Source: Candidatus Sumerlaeaceae bacterium
GTDB lineage: Bacteria > Sumerlaeota > Sumerlaeia > Sumerlaeales > Sumerlaeaceae
Length of the DNA stretch: 64,000 bases
Direction: 5' to 3'
NCBI GenBank assembly: GCA_019695055.1
Contig: JAIBAT010000074.1
Coordinates: 1-64,000 of the forward strand
The number at the start of each line of letters is the position of its first letter. Position 1 is the stretch's first letter. The position numbers and the translations under genes are program-made. This document shows, in pieces, positions 38,731 to 47,466 of this stretch. The notes under the pieces were generated by a model, which worked only from the letters and a program-made list of their open reading frames with translations, was not told where the DNA came from and made no database searches.

Positions 38731-40163
38731 GGGGCGTCGAGCTTCTCGAGCTTGTTCCGACCGGGCATGTTGTCGTCAAGATAGTTCGGGCGCGCCCGCC
38801 TCTTCATTAATAGGAGCGCGCGATCGGCCGCCTCGAAAAGGTTTTCCGGCGTCCGGGTTTCCTCCGCCATTTCCGCCAGCCCAAACCCAAACGAAAAGGG
38901 CAGCCCGAGCCGCCGACCCTTTGCGCGAAAACTCCCCAGCACCCGACGCATCAGCACCTGGGCGCGCTGCGCCGCTGTCTCCGGCATAATGATTCCAAAC
39001 TCATCACCGCCCAGGCGCGCCGCGCAATCCGACTGCCGGATCCCCTCTGTCAGCGCCTCCGCCAGCGCGTTCAGCATCCGATCCCCCGCCGGGTGGCCGT
39101 AGCGGTCGTTTACGAGTTTCAGGTTGTCCGCGTCCAGCACGGCAAGCGACAAAGGCGCGCTTTGACGGCGGCTGCGCGAAATCTCGCGGTCCAGCGTCAG
39201 TGTGAAAAATCGCCGGTTGTACAACCCCGTCAACTCATCGCGATAAACCAGATCCTGAGTGCGCCACGCCGCTTCGGCATCGTGGATTGAGTTCATCGCC
39301 ATGATTCCCAGAAAATCCAGGACCTCCACGGGATTGCTGGTGGAGTTCGTCGGCGCCTCCTGCGGCGCCCGCACCCCGATCATTCCGCAGATGGAACTAC
39401 GTTCAAAAAACGTGCACATACCGTTCTCGAACATCCCACCCTCAACACCGTTGATGAGGCCCAGATCAGCAAGGTGCTCGAGCATTAAAGCCCGCACACC
39501 GTCCGCGGTCAGAAACTCCGCACGGTTGCTGCCTCGTCGTAATTCGCTCACCTGCGGAGCGTCGCGCCCCGCCTGGTACGCCGTGATGAAACTCCCGGGA
39601 TGACTCTCCGATACATAGGAGATCACCGCGAAGGAGGGTTGGAACAGATCGTTCAAGAAAGTTAATATGGTTTCGCACACATCCCGCGCCGCCATCCGCC
39701 CCAGTCCCACCTCGTGCTGAAGTTTCGTAAGTCGAGGAATCAGGCCCCCGGAGAACTTAAGACCTTCCGGATCCTTGCCCGCCCGCGGCGTTTCAAAGAT
39801 CACGGCTGACCGGTCCGCCGGTACGTTGGCCCCCGCCCGCGCCAGGAAATCGTCAATCGCGTCCAGCGACAGGGGGGCCTCGAATACCGCGCAGCCCGGC
39901 ACATGGATGTTAACCTCGGTATCGGGAGTCTGTAGAACCGCCTTCAACGGCTCCTGGCACGCCGCAAGGAACTCCTCAATTCGCCGGTTGTTACCCCGCT
40001 GGCCTGCCAGACAATAAAACACCACGTCGCCTGCGGCCCGGTTAGTTTGGGGCGGCTCGGCATCGCGCAAATCCTCGACCCGGAACCCCTTGCCCTCTAT
40101 ATATTCCTTCACGGGGCCAAAGGTTTCCGACCAGTCGTTGACAAATATGGCTCGCTTGGTCAT
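38727..40163 (-). CDS. diguanylate cyclase (GGDEF) with N-terminal sensory domains
   Basis: LTGLYNRRFF...VNDRYGHPAGD...RLGGDEFGIIM GGDEF signature. Confidence 0.75.
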   Translation of the reverse strand: MTKRAIFVNDWSETFGPVKEYIEGKGFRVEDLRDAEPPQTNRAAGDVVFYCLAGQRGNNRRIEEFLAACQEPLKAVLQTPDTEVNIHVPGCAVFEAPLSLDAIDDFLARAGANVPADRSAVIFETPRAGKDPEGLKFSGGLIPRLTKLQHEVGLGRMAARDVCETILTFLNDLFQPSFAVISYVSESHPGSFITAYQAGRDAPQVSELRRGSNRAEFLTADGVRALMLEHLADLGLINGVEGGMFENGMCTFFERSSICGMIGVRAPQEAPTNSTSNPVEVLDFLGIMAMNSIHDAEAAWRTQDLVYRDELTGLYNRRFFTLTLDREISRSRRQSAPLSLAVLDADNLKLVNDRYGHPAGDRMLNALAEALTEGIRQSDCAARLGGDEFGIIMPETAAQRAQVLMRRVLGSFRAKGRRLGLPFSFGFGLAEMAEETRTPENLFEAADRALLLMKRRARPNYLDDNMPGRNKLEKLDAP

Positions 40164-40485
40164 TACCTGTTTCCCCTAAAAACGGCACGGAATGCTCCCT
40201 CGCCGTTTTTAGGTGAATGCCATCCCCCGAGCGCACGGTTATTGTGCGATTTTGGCACCACGCGTGCCCTAAACCGGTGTAATATGTGTTCCTTAAATGC
40301 CACGGGTCAATCAATTTATCACCGCTTCTGCCCTCCAATCGAAATTGCAAAATGAGGGCGCAAAATTGCGGTACCTTAAGCCGAATCCCGCGCCAGCTGA
40401 CGGCTGACCCCCAAGCCAGGGCGCACGAAAGGCCGCTGTCCTGAGTCCGAATACGAAGTTCCGCTCGCCCACAACCCTCGACGAC

Positions 40486-41028
40486 GTGTTTGACCTTCTC
40501 AACTTCCTTAAGGTTCAGGGCGTCAATTGTTGTTTGCACGGTGGTTGGGGCGTCGAGGCCCTAACGGGCGTTTCCCGCCCCCACGGCGACATCGACCTTC
40601 TTGTCCCTGTTGCGGAGCGCCCCAAGGCCACGGAGATTTTTGCCGGGAACATCATCAAGAAGTCGAAGCACAAGATCAAGGTTCGCTACAAGGACGTCAA
40701 AGTTGAGGTTAGCTTCTTCGAGCGACGACCCGACGGCAGCCTGACCATCGACATGCCCTTTTACATGATTTTCGTACCCAAGGGTTACAACGACGAGCAA
40801 ATCGGGAAACTGGGCGGAGTCGAAGTGGCAACGGCCTCCCGGTTCATACTCTACGGCGAAGTCATGCTCAAGGGCCAGAAGACCACCGTCACTCAGGCCT
40901 CAAATGTCGAAGATGCGAGCCCCGTGGCCACTCTCCTGAACGACGAGGAAAAGCAGTGGGCGAAGAAGTATTTTCCCGAGAATATCACCCTTTGGAAAGC
41001 ACTCCTTCACCGCTTCGGTTTGGGTTGA
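40486..41028 (+). CDS. nucleotidyltransferase, aminoglycoside 2''-adenylyltransferase (ANT(2''))-like
   Basis: LHGGWGVEALTGVSRPHGDIDLLV matches the N-terminus of the ANT(2'')-Ia/LinB-type family; slightly lower G+C. Confidence 0.45.
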   Translation: MFDLLNFLKVQGVNCCLHGGWGVEALTGVSRPHGDIDLLVPVAERPKATEIFAGNIIKKSKHKIKVRYKDVKVEVSFFERRPDGSLTIDMPFYMIFVPKGYNDEQIGKLGGVEVATASRFILYGEVMLKGQKTTVTQASNVEDASPVATLLNDEEKQWAKKYFPENITLWKALLHRFGLG

Positions 41029-41097
41029 AAAACCCAAACGCACCCTCAAGCCTGCCTCTCATGATTACGTTACAGTCCAACAGGTGGGTTGCCGCGC

Positions 41098-42105
41098 ATG
41101 GCCGTTGATAGCCAGCCCGTCTTCATTGTCGGTGTCGCACGCTCGGGCACGACACTGCTCCAACAGATGCTGGACCACCACCCGGCGTTTGCTTTTCCAT
41201 GGGAAAGTCATTTCATCCCGGTGTTCCATAGGCACCTGGCCGTCTTTGGCGACCTGAAGGTAGCCGCGAACCGGCAGCGCCTTATCGAGGCCATCGTTGA
41301 ATATGTCCCGGTCTCTTTCGGAGAGAAACTTCCCGGCGAATGGATCCCGGGGCTCTCCGCCGCGGCCCCCGAGATTGCCGCGTCGGCCCCTGCCGACTAT
41401 GCCGGCATCGTGGACGCCGTCTACCAATTCATGGTTCGTCAGCGCGGTCGCCGCCGTTGGGGCGACAAGACCCCTGGTTATATTAACAGCATGCCCCTGC
41501 TGCTGGAGCTGTTCCCCGGCGCGCGCTTCATCCACATGGTCCGCGACGGCCGCGACGTCGCCGCGTCCGTGGGCCCACTCAGTTTCGGCCCCAGCACCGC
41601 CCATCTCGGCGCGCGCAAATGGGTTTCCTTCATTCGCCACGGTCTCAACTTCCAGAAGGCCCACCCCGACCGCGTTATGCTGTTGAAATACGAAGACCTC
41701 GCCGCCGACCCGGAGACACACTGCCGCAAGGTCTGCGAATTCCTCGGCGAGGAATTCGACCCTGCGATGCTCAGTTTTCATGAAGACGGCTCCCAGCGCA
41801 TCCCCGGCCAGGGAATCCACGAGATGATCTCCCAGCCTCCCAGCCTGAAGCGCGTCGGGCGCTGGAAAAAAGATTTAACCCCCGGCCAGGTCCGCGTCTT
41901 CGAGGCCATCGCCGGCCCCATGCTCCAGCAGTTCGGCTACGAACTCAGCCAGCCCCGCCCAAAGGTGCGTTTTTACGACAAGCCTCTCAGCGTCATCGGT
42001 GAAAAGGTCCTGTGGATGCGTCCCAACACAAAGCCCCTCTCACTCGCCGAGCGCCTCGATCTCGGCAAGCGGCGCAAGGCCTTCCGCGCGAAGTACGGAT
42101 TCTGA
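41098..42105 (+). CDS. sulfotransferase family protein
   Basis: PVFIVGVARSGTTLLQQML (PAPS 5'-PSB loop); RxxS 3'-PB region. Confidence 0.65.
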   Translation: MAVDSQPVFIVGVARSGTTLLQQMLDHHPAFAFPWESHFIPVFHRHLAVFGDLKVAANRQRLIEAIVEYVPVSFGEKLPGEWIPGLSAAAPEIAASAPADYAGIVDAVYQFMVRQRGRRRWGDKTPGYINSMPLLLELFPGARFIHMVRDGRDVAASVGPLSFGPSTAHLGARKWVSFIRHGLNFQKAHPDRVMLLKYEDLAADPETHCRKVCEFLGEEFDPAMLSFHEDGSQRIPGQGIHEMISQPPSLKRVGRWKKDLTPGQVRVFEAIAGPMLQQFGYELSQPRPKVRFYDKPLSVIGEKVLWMRPNTKPLSLAERLDLGKRRKAFRAKYGF

Positions 42106-42255
42106 CCGTCCTATTCCACCTTCACCCTGGCGACCACCCACCAGAATGAGAATTGCCAGAGTTTCCCTTCGACGCGGCGTCTTCTGCCATTTCACTTGTT
42201 ATTGCACGCAGGCATGTGGATGAAGAGGGGTGACTCACCTGTTGGTCTGCTGTAG

Positions 42256-44322
42256 ATGGCAATAATTTCAGGTCTTTTGAGGATTTCGATGAATCGGGCT
42301 TTGATGCGGTGTTGTGCTGTCTTGCGTATATTTCCCGCTGTAGGAATAATTATTTGTCTCGGTGGCAATGCCAAGGCGCAATCAGGCGCCGCGGGACCCG
42401 ACTCAAAGCCGGGGATAATGCGGAACGGGAATACAGGAGTATCCGAATCCGTTCGCGAAATTATGGACCGCGAAATCAAAGCCCGGCCGACCCGCAGCAA
42501 GCGTTTCAAGCTTATGCGCGAGCATGAGGTGGAACGCGAGGGCCTGAAAAACAATCCGGAGTCGTCGCGCGAGGCGGAGTGGCCACCTCGTGGCGTCAAA
42601 GCGCGCACCGCGGTTCAGGGCGCCGGCCCATTTGTCGCGCAAACCCTTGGAACCACGGTCACGGGCGCAACGCTGAATGACACCCTTGCCTTCCCACCAG
42701 ACACCATGGGGGCGGTCGGCCCGACCCAGTTCATCGTTGCCGTCAATGGGCGCATCCGCTCCTTCAATAAATCCACCGGCGCGGCGGACGGGATCCTTAA
42801 CGCGGATACTGATGTATTTTTCAACAGTGTGCGCAACGGCTCGGGCACCAGCGATCCACGCATTCGCTACGACCGCATTACAGGGCGCTGGTTTATCATC
42901 ATTATCAACGTCAGCACCCCCAACCGCGTCCTTATTGCCGTAAGCAGCGAGAGCACCATCACGAGCAGCTCTAATTTCACCTTTTTCTACTTTGACGATA
43001 CATATCTAAGCAGCGGAAGCCCATGTCTGGGCGATTATCCGACACTGGGTGTTGACGTGAATGCCCTATATATTGGCATTAATCAATTTGCCAATGGCAG
43101 CACCTTTGCCGGCATGTCGGTTTATGTGGTGCGCAAGAGCAGCGTGCTGGGCGCGGGGCCCATCGTGGTAACGGCATTTGACAACATCACCGGCACCACG
43201 ACTGGCGCCGGCCCCTACACGCCACAAGGTGTCGATAATTTTGACCCAACGGCGACGGAGGGTTATTTCATCGGCGTGGATAACGCGACCTTCGGCACGC
43301 TAATGGTGCGGCGCGTTAGCACGCCCGGTGGCACGCCAACGCTCTCCGGCAACATCAGTATCACTGTTTCTACCACGGCCTATCCCATCACGGTGCGGCA
43401 CAAAGGAAACTCATCCACGAATGGTCGTCTCGATGCCCTGGACGACCGCCTCTTTGCGGCGCACATCCGCAACGGACGGTTGTGGACCGCCCACAACATC
43501 GGTGTCATCGACACCGGCGTGGCAAGCGGGTCGGCAAACCGAAACGGCTGCCGATGGTACGAAATCCAGAATCTTTCCGGTACGCCCTCCCTGGTGCAAT
43601 CAGGAACGCTTTATACGTCGGGGAGTTCGGGCAGCACGGCGCAAAGGAATTACTGGATTCCGTCCATCATGGTCTCCGGTCAGGGCCACGCGGCCTTGGG
43701 ATGCAGCACGGCAGGCACCAATGAGTATATCAACGGCGCCTTTGCCGGACGCCTCGTGAATGACACGCTCGGCACGTTGCAGACGCCCTCCCTGATCACG
43801 AACAGCACCACAGATTACACACCATCCAGTGATCCCGGCGGCACGGGCGGGCGCCGTTGGGGCGACTACTCATACACCTGTGTGGATCCAAGCGACGACA
43901 TGACGATGTGGACCATCCAGGAGTTCTGCAGCGCAACGGACCTTTACGGCGTAAGTTTTGTGAAGCTAATCGCGCCTCCACCGGCAACGCCATCCACGTG
44001 CAGTCCGTCTTCGGCACCCGCCGGGCAAACATCCGTGACCCTCACCATCACCGGCACCCAGGTCTCGGGCAGTGGATTCTTTGATCCCGGAGCGGGCTTT
44101 ACTGGTCGCCTCGCGGCGTCGCTCAATGGCGGCGTCACCGTGAACAGCGTGGTCTACACCAGCCCCACTTCCATGAAAATCGTGGTCAGCACGGTCGGCG
44201 CCACCGCCAGCGGCAAGACCATCACCATAACGAACCCGGACGGGCAATCCATAAGCAGCGCACCGGGACTGTTCACGGTGACAGGTGTTCCGGTGGGGCA
44301 AAGTGCATTTGATGTGGAATAG
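42256..44322 (+). CDS. secreted hypothetical protein with C-terminal Ig/IPT-like domain
   Basis: Signal peptide (AVGIIICLGGNAKAQS); no catalytic motifs; C-terminal beta-sandwich-like TVTLTITGTQVSG...TITITNPDGQSIS. Confidence 0.45.
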   Translation: MAIISGLLRISMNRALMRCCAVLRIFPAVGIIICLGGNAKAQSGAAGPDSKPGIMRNGNTGVSESVREIMDREIKARPTRSKRFKLMREHEVEREGLKNNPESSREAEWPPRGVKARTAVQGAGPFVAQTLGTTVTGATLNDTLAFPPDTMGAVGPTQFIVAVNGRIRSFNKSTGAADGILNADTDVFFNSVRNGSGTSDPRIRYDRITGRWFIIIINVSTPNRVLIAVSSESTITSSSNFTFFYFDDTYLSSGSPCLGDYPTLGVDVNALYIGINQFANGSTFAGMSVYVVRKSSVLGAGPIVVTAFDNITGTTTGAGPYTPQGVDNFDPTATEGYFIGVDNATFGTLMVRRVSTPGGTPTLSGNISITVSTTAYPITVRHKGNSSTNGRLDALDDRLFAAHIRNGRLWTAHNIGVIDTGVASGSANRNGCRWYEIQNLSGTPSLVQSGTLYTSGSSGSTAQRNYWIPSIMVSGQGHAALGCSTAGTNEYINGAFAGRLVNDTLGTLQTPSLITNSTTDYTPSSDPGGTGGRRWGDYSYTCVDPSDDMTMWTIQEFCSATDLYGVSFVKLIAPPPATPSTCSPSSAPAGQTSVTLTITGTQVSGSGFFDPGAGFTGRLAASLNGGVTVNSVVYTSPTSMKIVVSTVGATASGKTITITNPDGQSISSAPGLFTVTGVPVGQSAFDVE

Positions 44323-44361
44323 CTCCAATAGGCCTTATGGGACGAATAGGACTTATATAAG

Positions 44362-44386
44362 GAGCCGGCTATTTTGCCAGCCGGAG
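44362..44386 (-). terminator. hairpin downstream of the four-helix-bundle gene
   Basis: ccggct-attttgcc-agccgg stem-loop followed on the minus strand by TTATATAAG. Confidence 0.3.
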
Positions 44387-44396
44387 TCTTGCAGTC

Positions 44397-44978
44397 TTAT
44401 GACTGGGGTTTCTCCCTGATATTGCGACGCACACGGGATGGTTTCCCGCGGACGCCGCCGCTTTCCGAAAAATCTTTTTCGAGCCTGCGGATTTGGCGAT
44501 CTAATAGATAATTGGCTTGATGAATGAGGCAAATGGCAATGTTTGCCACCACCTCGGCCGGTCGGGTCTCGATGAATTCCCGGTAGGTTTCGTAGGTTTC
44601 AGCGCGTTCGGTTCCCAGTTTTCTGGCAAAAAGAGCTTCTTTGGAATCCTTCGGCCAGAGGACACAATTCCGCGTCCGATGAAAGTCCCGGTAGTCCTCC
44701 AAAAGTTCCTCCAAGCTGGCCCGCGCGACATTAGTAAGCCGAATCTCACCCCCGGCAGAGGTGACTGAGGCCTTGCTTCCTTCAATGATATTCTGTTTCC
44801 CCGAGCGCGCAGCTTGAACCATCTGATCCACAGTCCGGTCCCGCTTATCCAGAAACCGCTCGCAGAATCGCCAGGTCAGGTCATAAATGATCATGGCCTT
44901 CCGGTAAGAAAGAAGGTCAGCGTAGTTCCCTTGTCGGGGCAGGAATTGACCCCCCTTACGCGACGCCACACCCCACAA
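44397..44978 (-). CDS. four-helix-bundle protein (23S rRNA IVS protein / Avd-like family)
   Basis: YRKAMIIYDLTWRF...QMVQAARSGKQNIIEGSKAS...ASLEELLEDY family pattern; true start probably internal. Confidence 0.5.
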   Translation of the reverse strand: MWGVASRKGGQFLPRQGNYADLLSYRKAMIIYDLTWRFCERFLDKRDRTVDQMVQAARSGKQNIIEGSKASVTSAGGEIRLTNVARASLEELLEDYRDFHRTRNCVLWPKDSKEALFARKLGTERAETYETYREFIETRPAEVVANIAICLIHQANYLLDRQIRRLEKDFSESGGVRGKPSRVRRNIREKPQS

Positions 44979-45069
44979 CCTCCTGCTTAATGGAATCTAA
45001 CTCCCAACAGAATCCCCCAAGCCCCGCCGTTGCCTATAAGTCCCATAGGTCCTATAAGCCCTATGCGTC

Positions 45070-46275
45070 CTATTTCCCCGCGTGAATGACAACCTTCTGC
45101 GTCTGCAGGACCTGCTTGCCCACCAGTGGTTCCTGGCCGGTCACCTGGCCGGCGGCATCTGCCGGGTTCACCTCGATATCGGTTATGCCAACCTTTGCCA
45201 GTGCGGCCTTGGCCTCGGCCACTGTTTTTCCGGTTAGCTCGGGCATCAGGAAGCTTGTCCCTTTCGGACCACTGCTTACCAGTAAGTTCACCGGCGCCGC
45301 GGCCTCCAAACCCTTGTTGGGCTCGGGATTCTGGTTAATCACAATGTCCTTCGCCACGCTCGCATTTTCAATGTAGGTAATGTTGCCTTCCTGCAAGCCC
45401 GCACCCTTGATCTTGTTGAGCGCGTTTTCGCGCGTCTCGTTGATCACGTCGGGCACCATAAAGTTTGCCTTGCCGCTGCTGATGACCACCCGCACCGTCG
45501 CGCCTTCTTTCGTCGTGTCGCCCGGCTGGGGTTTCTGCTCGATGATTTCGCCCGGCGCCACCAGCGTTGTCGGCTCGGCACGGTCGCGGATCAGGTTCAG
45601 CTTCTTCGCCGACAAGATCTCCAGTGCGTTCTCCGCCTTCATGCCGCGCACATTCGGCACCACGACCTGCTCGGTGCTGATATACATGCGGATCGCCTCG
45701 TAGCCGATGCCCGCTGTCAGCCCCAGCACCAGCACCGTCAGCAAAAGCATTCGAAAAAGCAGCCCCCAGAAACCAAAGACCCAGGAAAAGAAGCCGAATC
45801 GCGAACGCGGACTTCGCCGCGGCAATCGCGCCACGCGTGTCTTCACCGCCCGGGGGATTCCCTGCCGCTCTCGCGCGCCCTCCCAGTTCTCCGGCGTGGC
45901 ACCTTTCATCGGGCCCCAGTCGGCCTTCGGCCTAACGTCGGACTTCTTAATGGCTGGCATCTTCAAGGTGTCGCCGCCACCGCCGGGGTTTGCGGATGCG
46001 CCGCGTTGCTTCAGTGCCGCCTGGATCTGCGCCTTGTTCAGCGTCGCCGGCGTCAGTGTATCGTCGGGGTTTGAGCCACTCGTGGGTGCCGGGTCTGCCG
46101 CGACGTCCGGGTCGCGGTCTACGTAGGCCGCGCTGAATCCGCTGGTCTCGCCCAATCGCCGCGGTGGAGGCGGCGCCGACGGCGCGCCATCAAAATCCAG
46201 CGACGATTGCCGCCCCGTTTCCGAACCCTCGGAATCGGCGCCCTCGGGCGAACGATGTCTTTTCTTTTTCTGCAT
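45070..46275 (-). CDS. PASTA-domain protein (3 PASTA repeats, single TM, disordered N-terminal region)
   Basis: Three ~65-aa repeats (PNVRGMKAENALEIL..., PDVINETRENALNKIK..., PELTGKTVAEAKAALAKVG...). Confidence 0.65.
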   Translation of the reverse strand: MQKKKRHRSPEGADSEGSETGRQSSLDFDGAPSAPPPPRRLGETSGFSAAYVDRDPDVAADPAPTSGSNPDDTLTPATLNKAQIQAALKQRGASANPGGGGDTLKMPAIKKSDVRPKADWGPMKGATPENWEGARERQGIPRAVKTRVARLPRRSPRSRFGFFSWVFGFWGLLFRMLLLTVLVLGLTAGIGYEAIRMYISTEQVVVPNVRGMKAENALEILSAKKLNLIRDRAEPTTLVAPGEIIEQKPQPGDTTKEGATVRVVISSGKANFMVPDVINETRENALNKIKGAGLQEGNITYIENASVAKDIVINQNPEPNKGLEAAAPVNLLVSSGPKGTSFLMPELTGKTVAEAKAALAKVGITDIEVNPADAAGQVTGQEPLVGKQVLQTQKVVIHAGK

Positions 46276-46317
46276 GAAATACTTGTGTGCTGCCTTGCAG
46301 CCCCGATTGGAATCGGT

Positions 46318-47397
46318 TTATCCCTTTACCGCGCCGACCGTGAGACCCTTCGTAAGATGTTTCTGGAACGCAAAGAAAATCACGACCATCGGCACACTCG
46401 CCAGCAGCGCCGCGCTCATCACCACCCCGATGTTCCGGGGCCCGGCGTTGAATTGCAGCGTCTTAAGCCCCACTTCCAGCAGGTACATATTCTGGTCGTC
46501 CGTGATGATCAATGGCCACAGGAAGGCCTTCCACGCCCCGATGAACGTGAAAATCGCCCAAACCGCGAGGATCGGCTTCGACAGCGGCACGATCACCTTG
46601 GCAAAGATCCCAATCTCGCTGCAACCGTCGATGCGCGCCGCGTCCTCCAGCGTACTCGGCAGACTTTGGATGTACTGCCGCATCAGGAAAATCCCCACAG
46701 GTGCGGCAATCTGCGGCAGAATCACCGTCCAGAAGCTGTTGTACCACCCCAGCCCCTGCGTAAACAGCAGAAATAGCGGGATCACCGTCACCTGCCCCGG
46801 GATCATGATCGTCGCAATGATCACCCAGAACAGCACCTTGTGCCCCGGGAAGGGAATCTTCGCAAAGGCGTAACCCGCCATCGCGTTCAGTAGTACGCTC
46901 AACGCCGTCACGGCCACCGCAACGAAAAGCGTGTTTTCGAACCATAGCATCAGGCGCCCCGCAAGAATAGGCTGTCCGTCCCGCGCCGCCCGTGCCACCG
47001 GGTCTGCCACTGGTGGCGCCACAAGGTGCAACCCCGAGAAGAACCACGAATGCACCGGCGCCGACTCAAAATCGCCGCGCTTCATGGACGTGATGTCAAA
47101 CAGCCCTGTCTTCTTCGACTCGCTGTGAAAGTTCTCCAGCGTGAAATACGTCCGCGCCCACCCGCCCAGTTTTTCCGTGCTGGCAATTGTATCCCAATTC
47201 AGGCTCGCAAACGTCCGCTTCATCGGGATTGCAGTTTGCAGCTCCGACTGCGGCGTGAAGGCGCACAGCACCATCCAGACCATCGGCACAAACAACACCA
47301 GGGCCAGCAGCGTCAGCGCAACATAGCAGGCCCCATGTCCCACCCTGGCAATCCCGCGATTCATGCCCCACATCCGACCCCCGAAAATCCAGCGCAT
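46318..47397 (-). CDS. carbohydrate ABC transporter permease with a large periplasmic loop
   Basis: LEDAARIDGCS EAA loop; 6 TM; no substrate-binding protein, ATPase or partner permease adjacent. Confidence 0.7.
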   Translation of the reverse strand: MRWIFGGRMWGMNRGIARVGHGACYVALTLLALVLFVPMVWMVLCAFTPQSELQTAIPMKRTFASLNWDTIASTEKLGGWARTYFTLENFHSESKKTGLFDITSMKRGDFESAPVHSWFFSGLHLVAPPVADPVARAARDGQPILAGRLMLWFENTLFVAVAVTALSVLLNAMAGYAFAKIPFPGHKVLFWVIIATIMIPGQVTVIPLFLLFTQGLGWYNSFWTVILPQIAAPVGIFLMRQYIQSLPSTLEDAARIDGCSEIGIFAKVIVPLSKPILAVWAIFTFIGAWKAFLWPLIITDDQNMYLLEVGLKTLQFNAGPRNIGVVMSAALLASVPMVVIFFAFQKHLTKGLTVGAVKG

Positions 47398-47466
47398 GCA
47401 AGGAAATCAATGGCCGCAAGTCTTCGCTGCGGGCGGGGGCGGCTCATGGCCCCCAGGCAAGAGTTC

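Noticed and set aside
42256-44978. Diversity-generating retroelement (Avd-like gene next to a secreted Ig-domain protein)
   Set aside because: There is no reverse transcriptase, and no template/variable repeat pair is detectable by eye in the window. The idea is kept only as the relic hypothesis in the findings.
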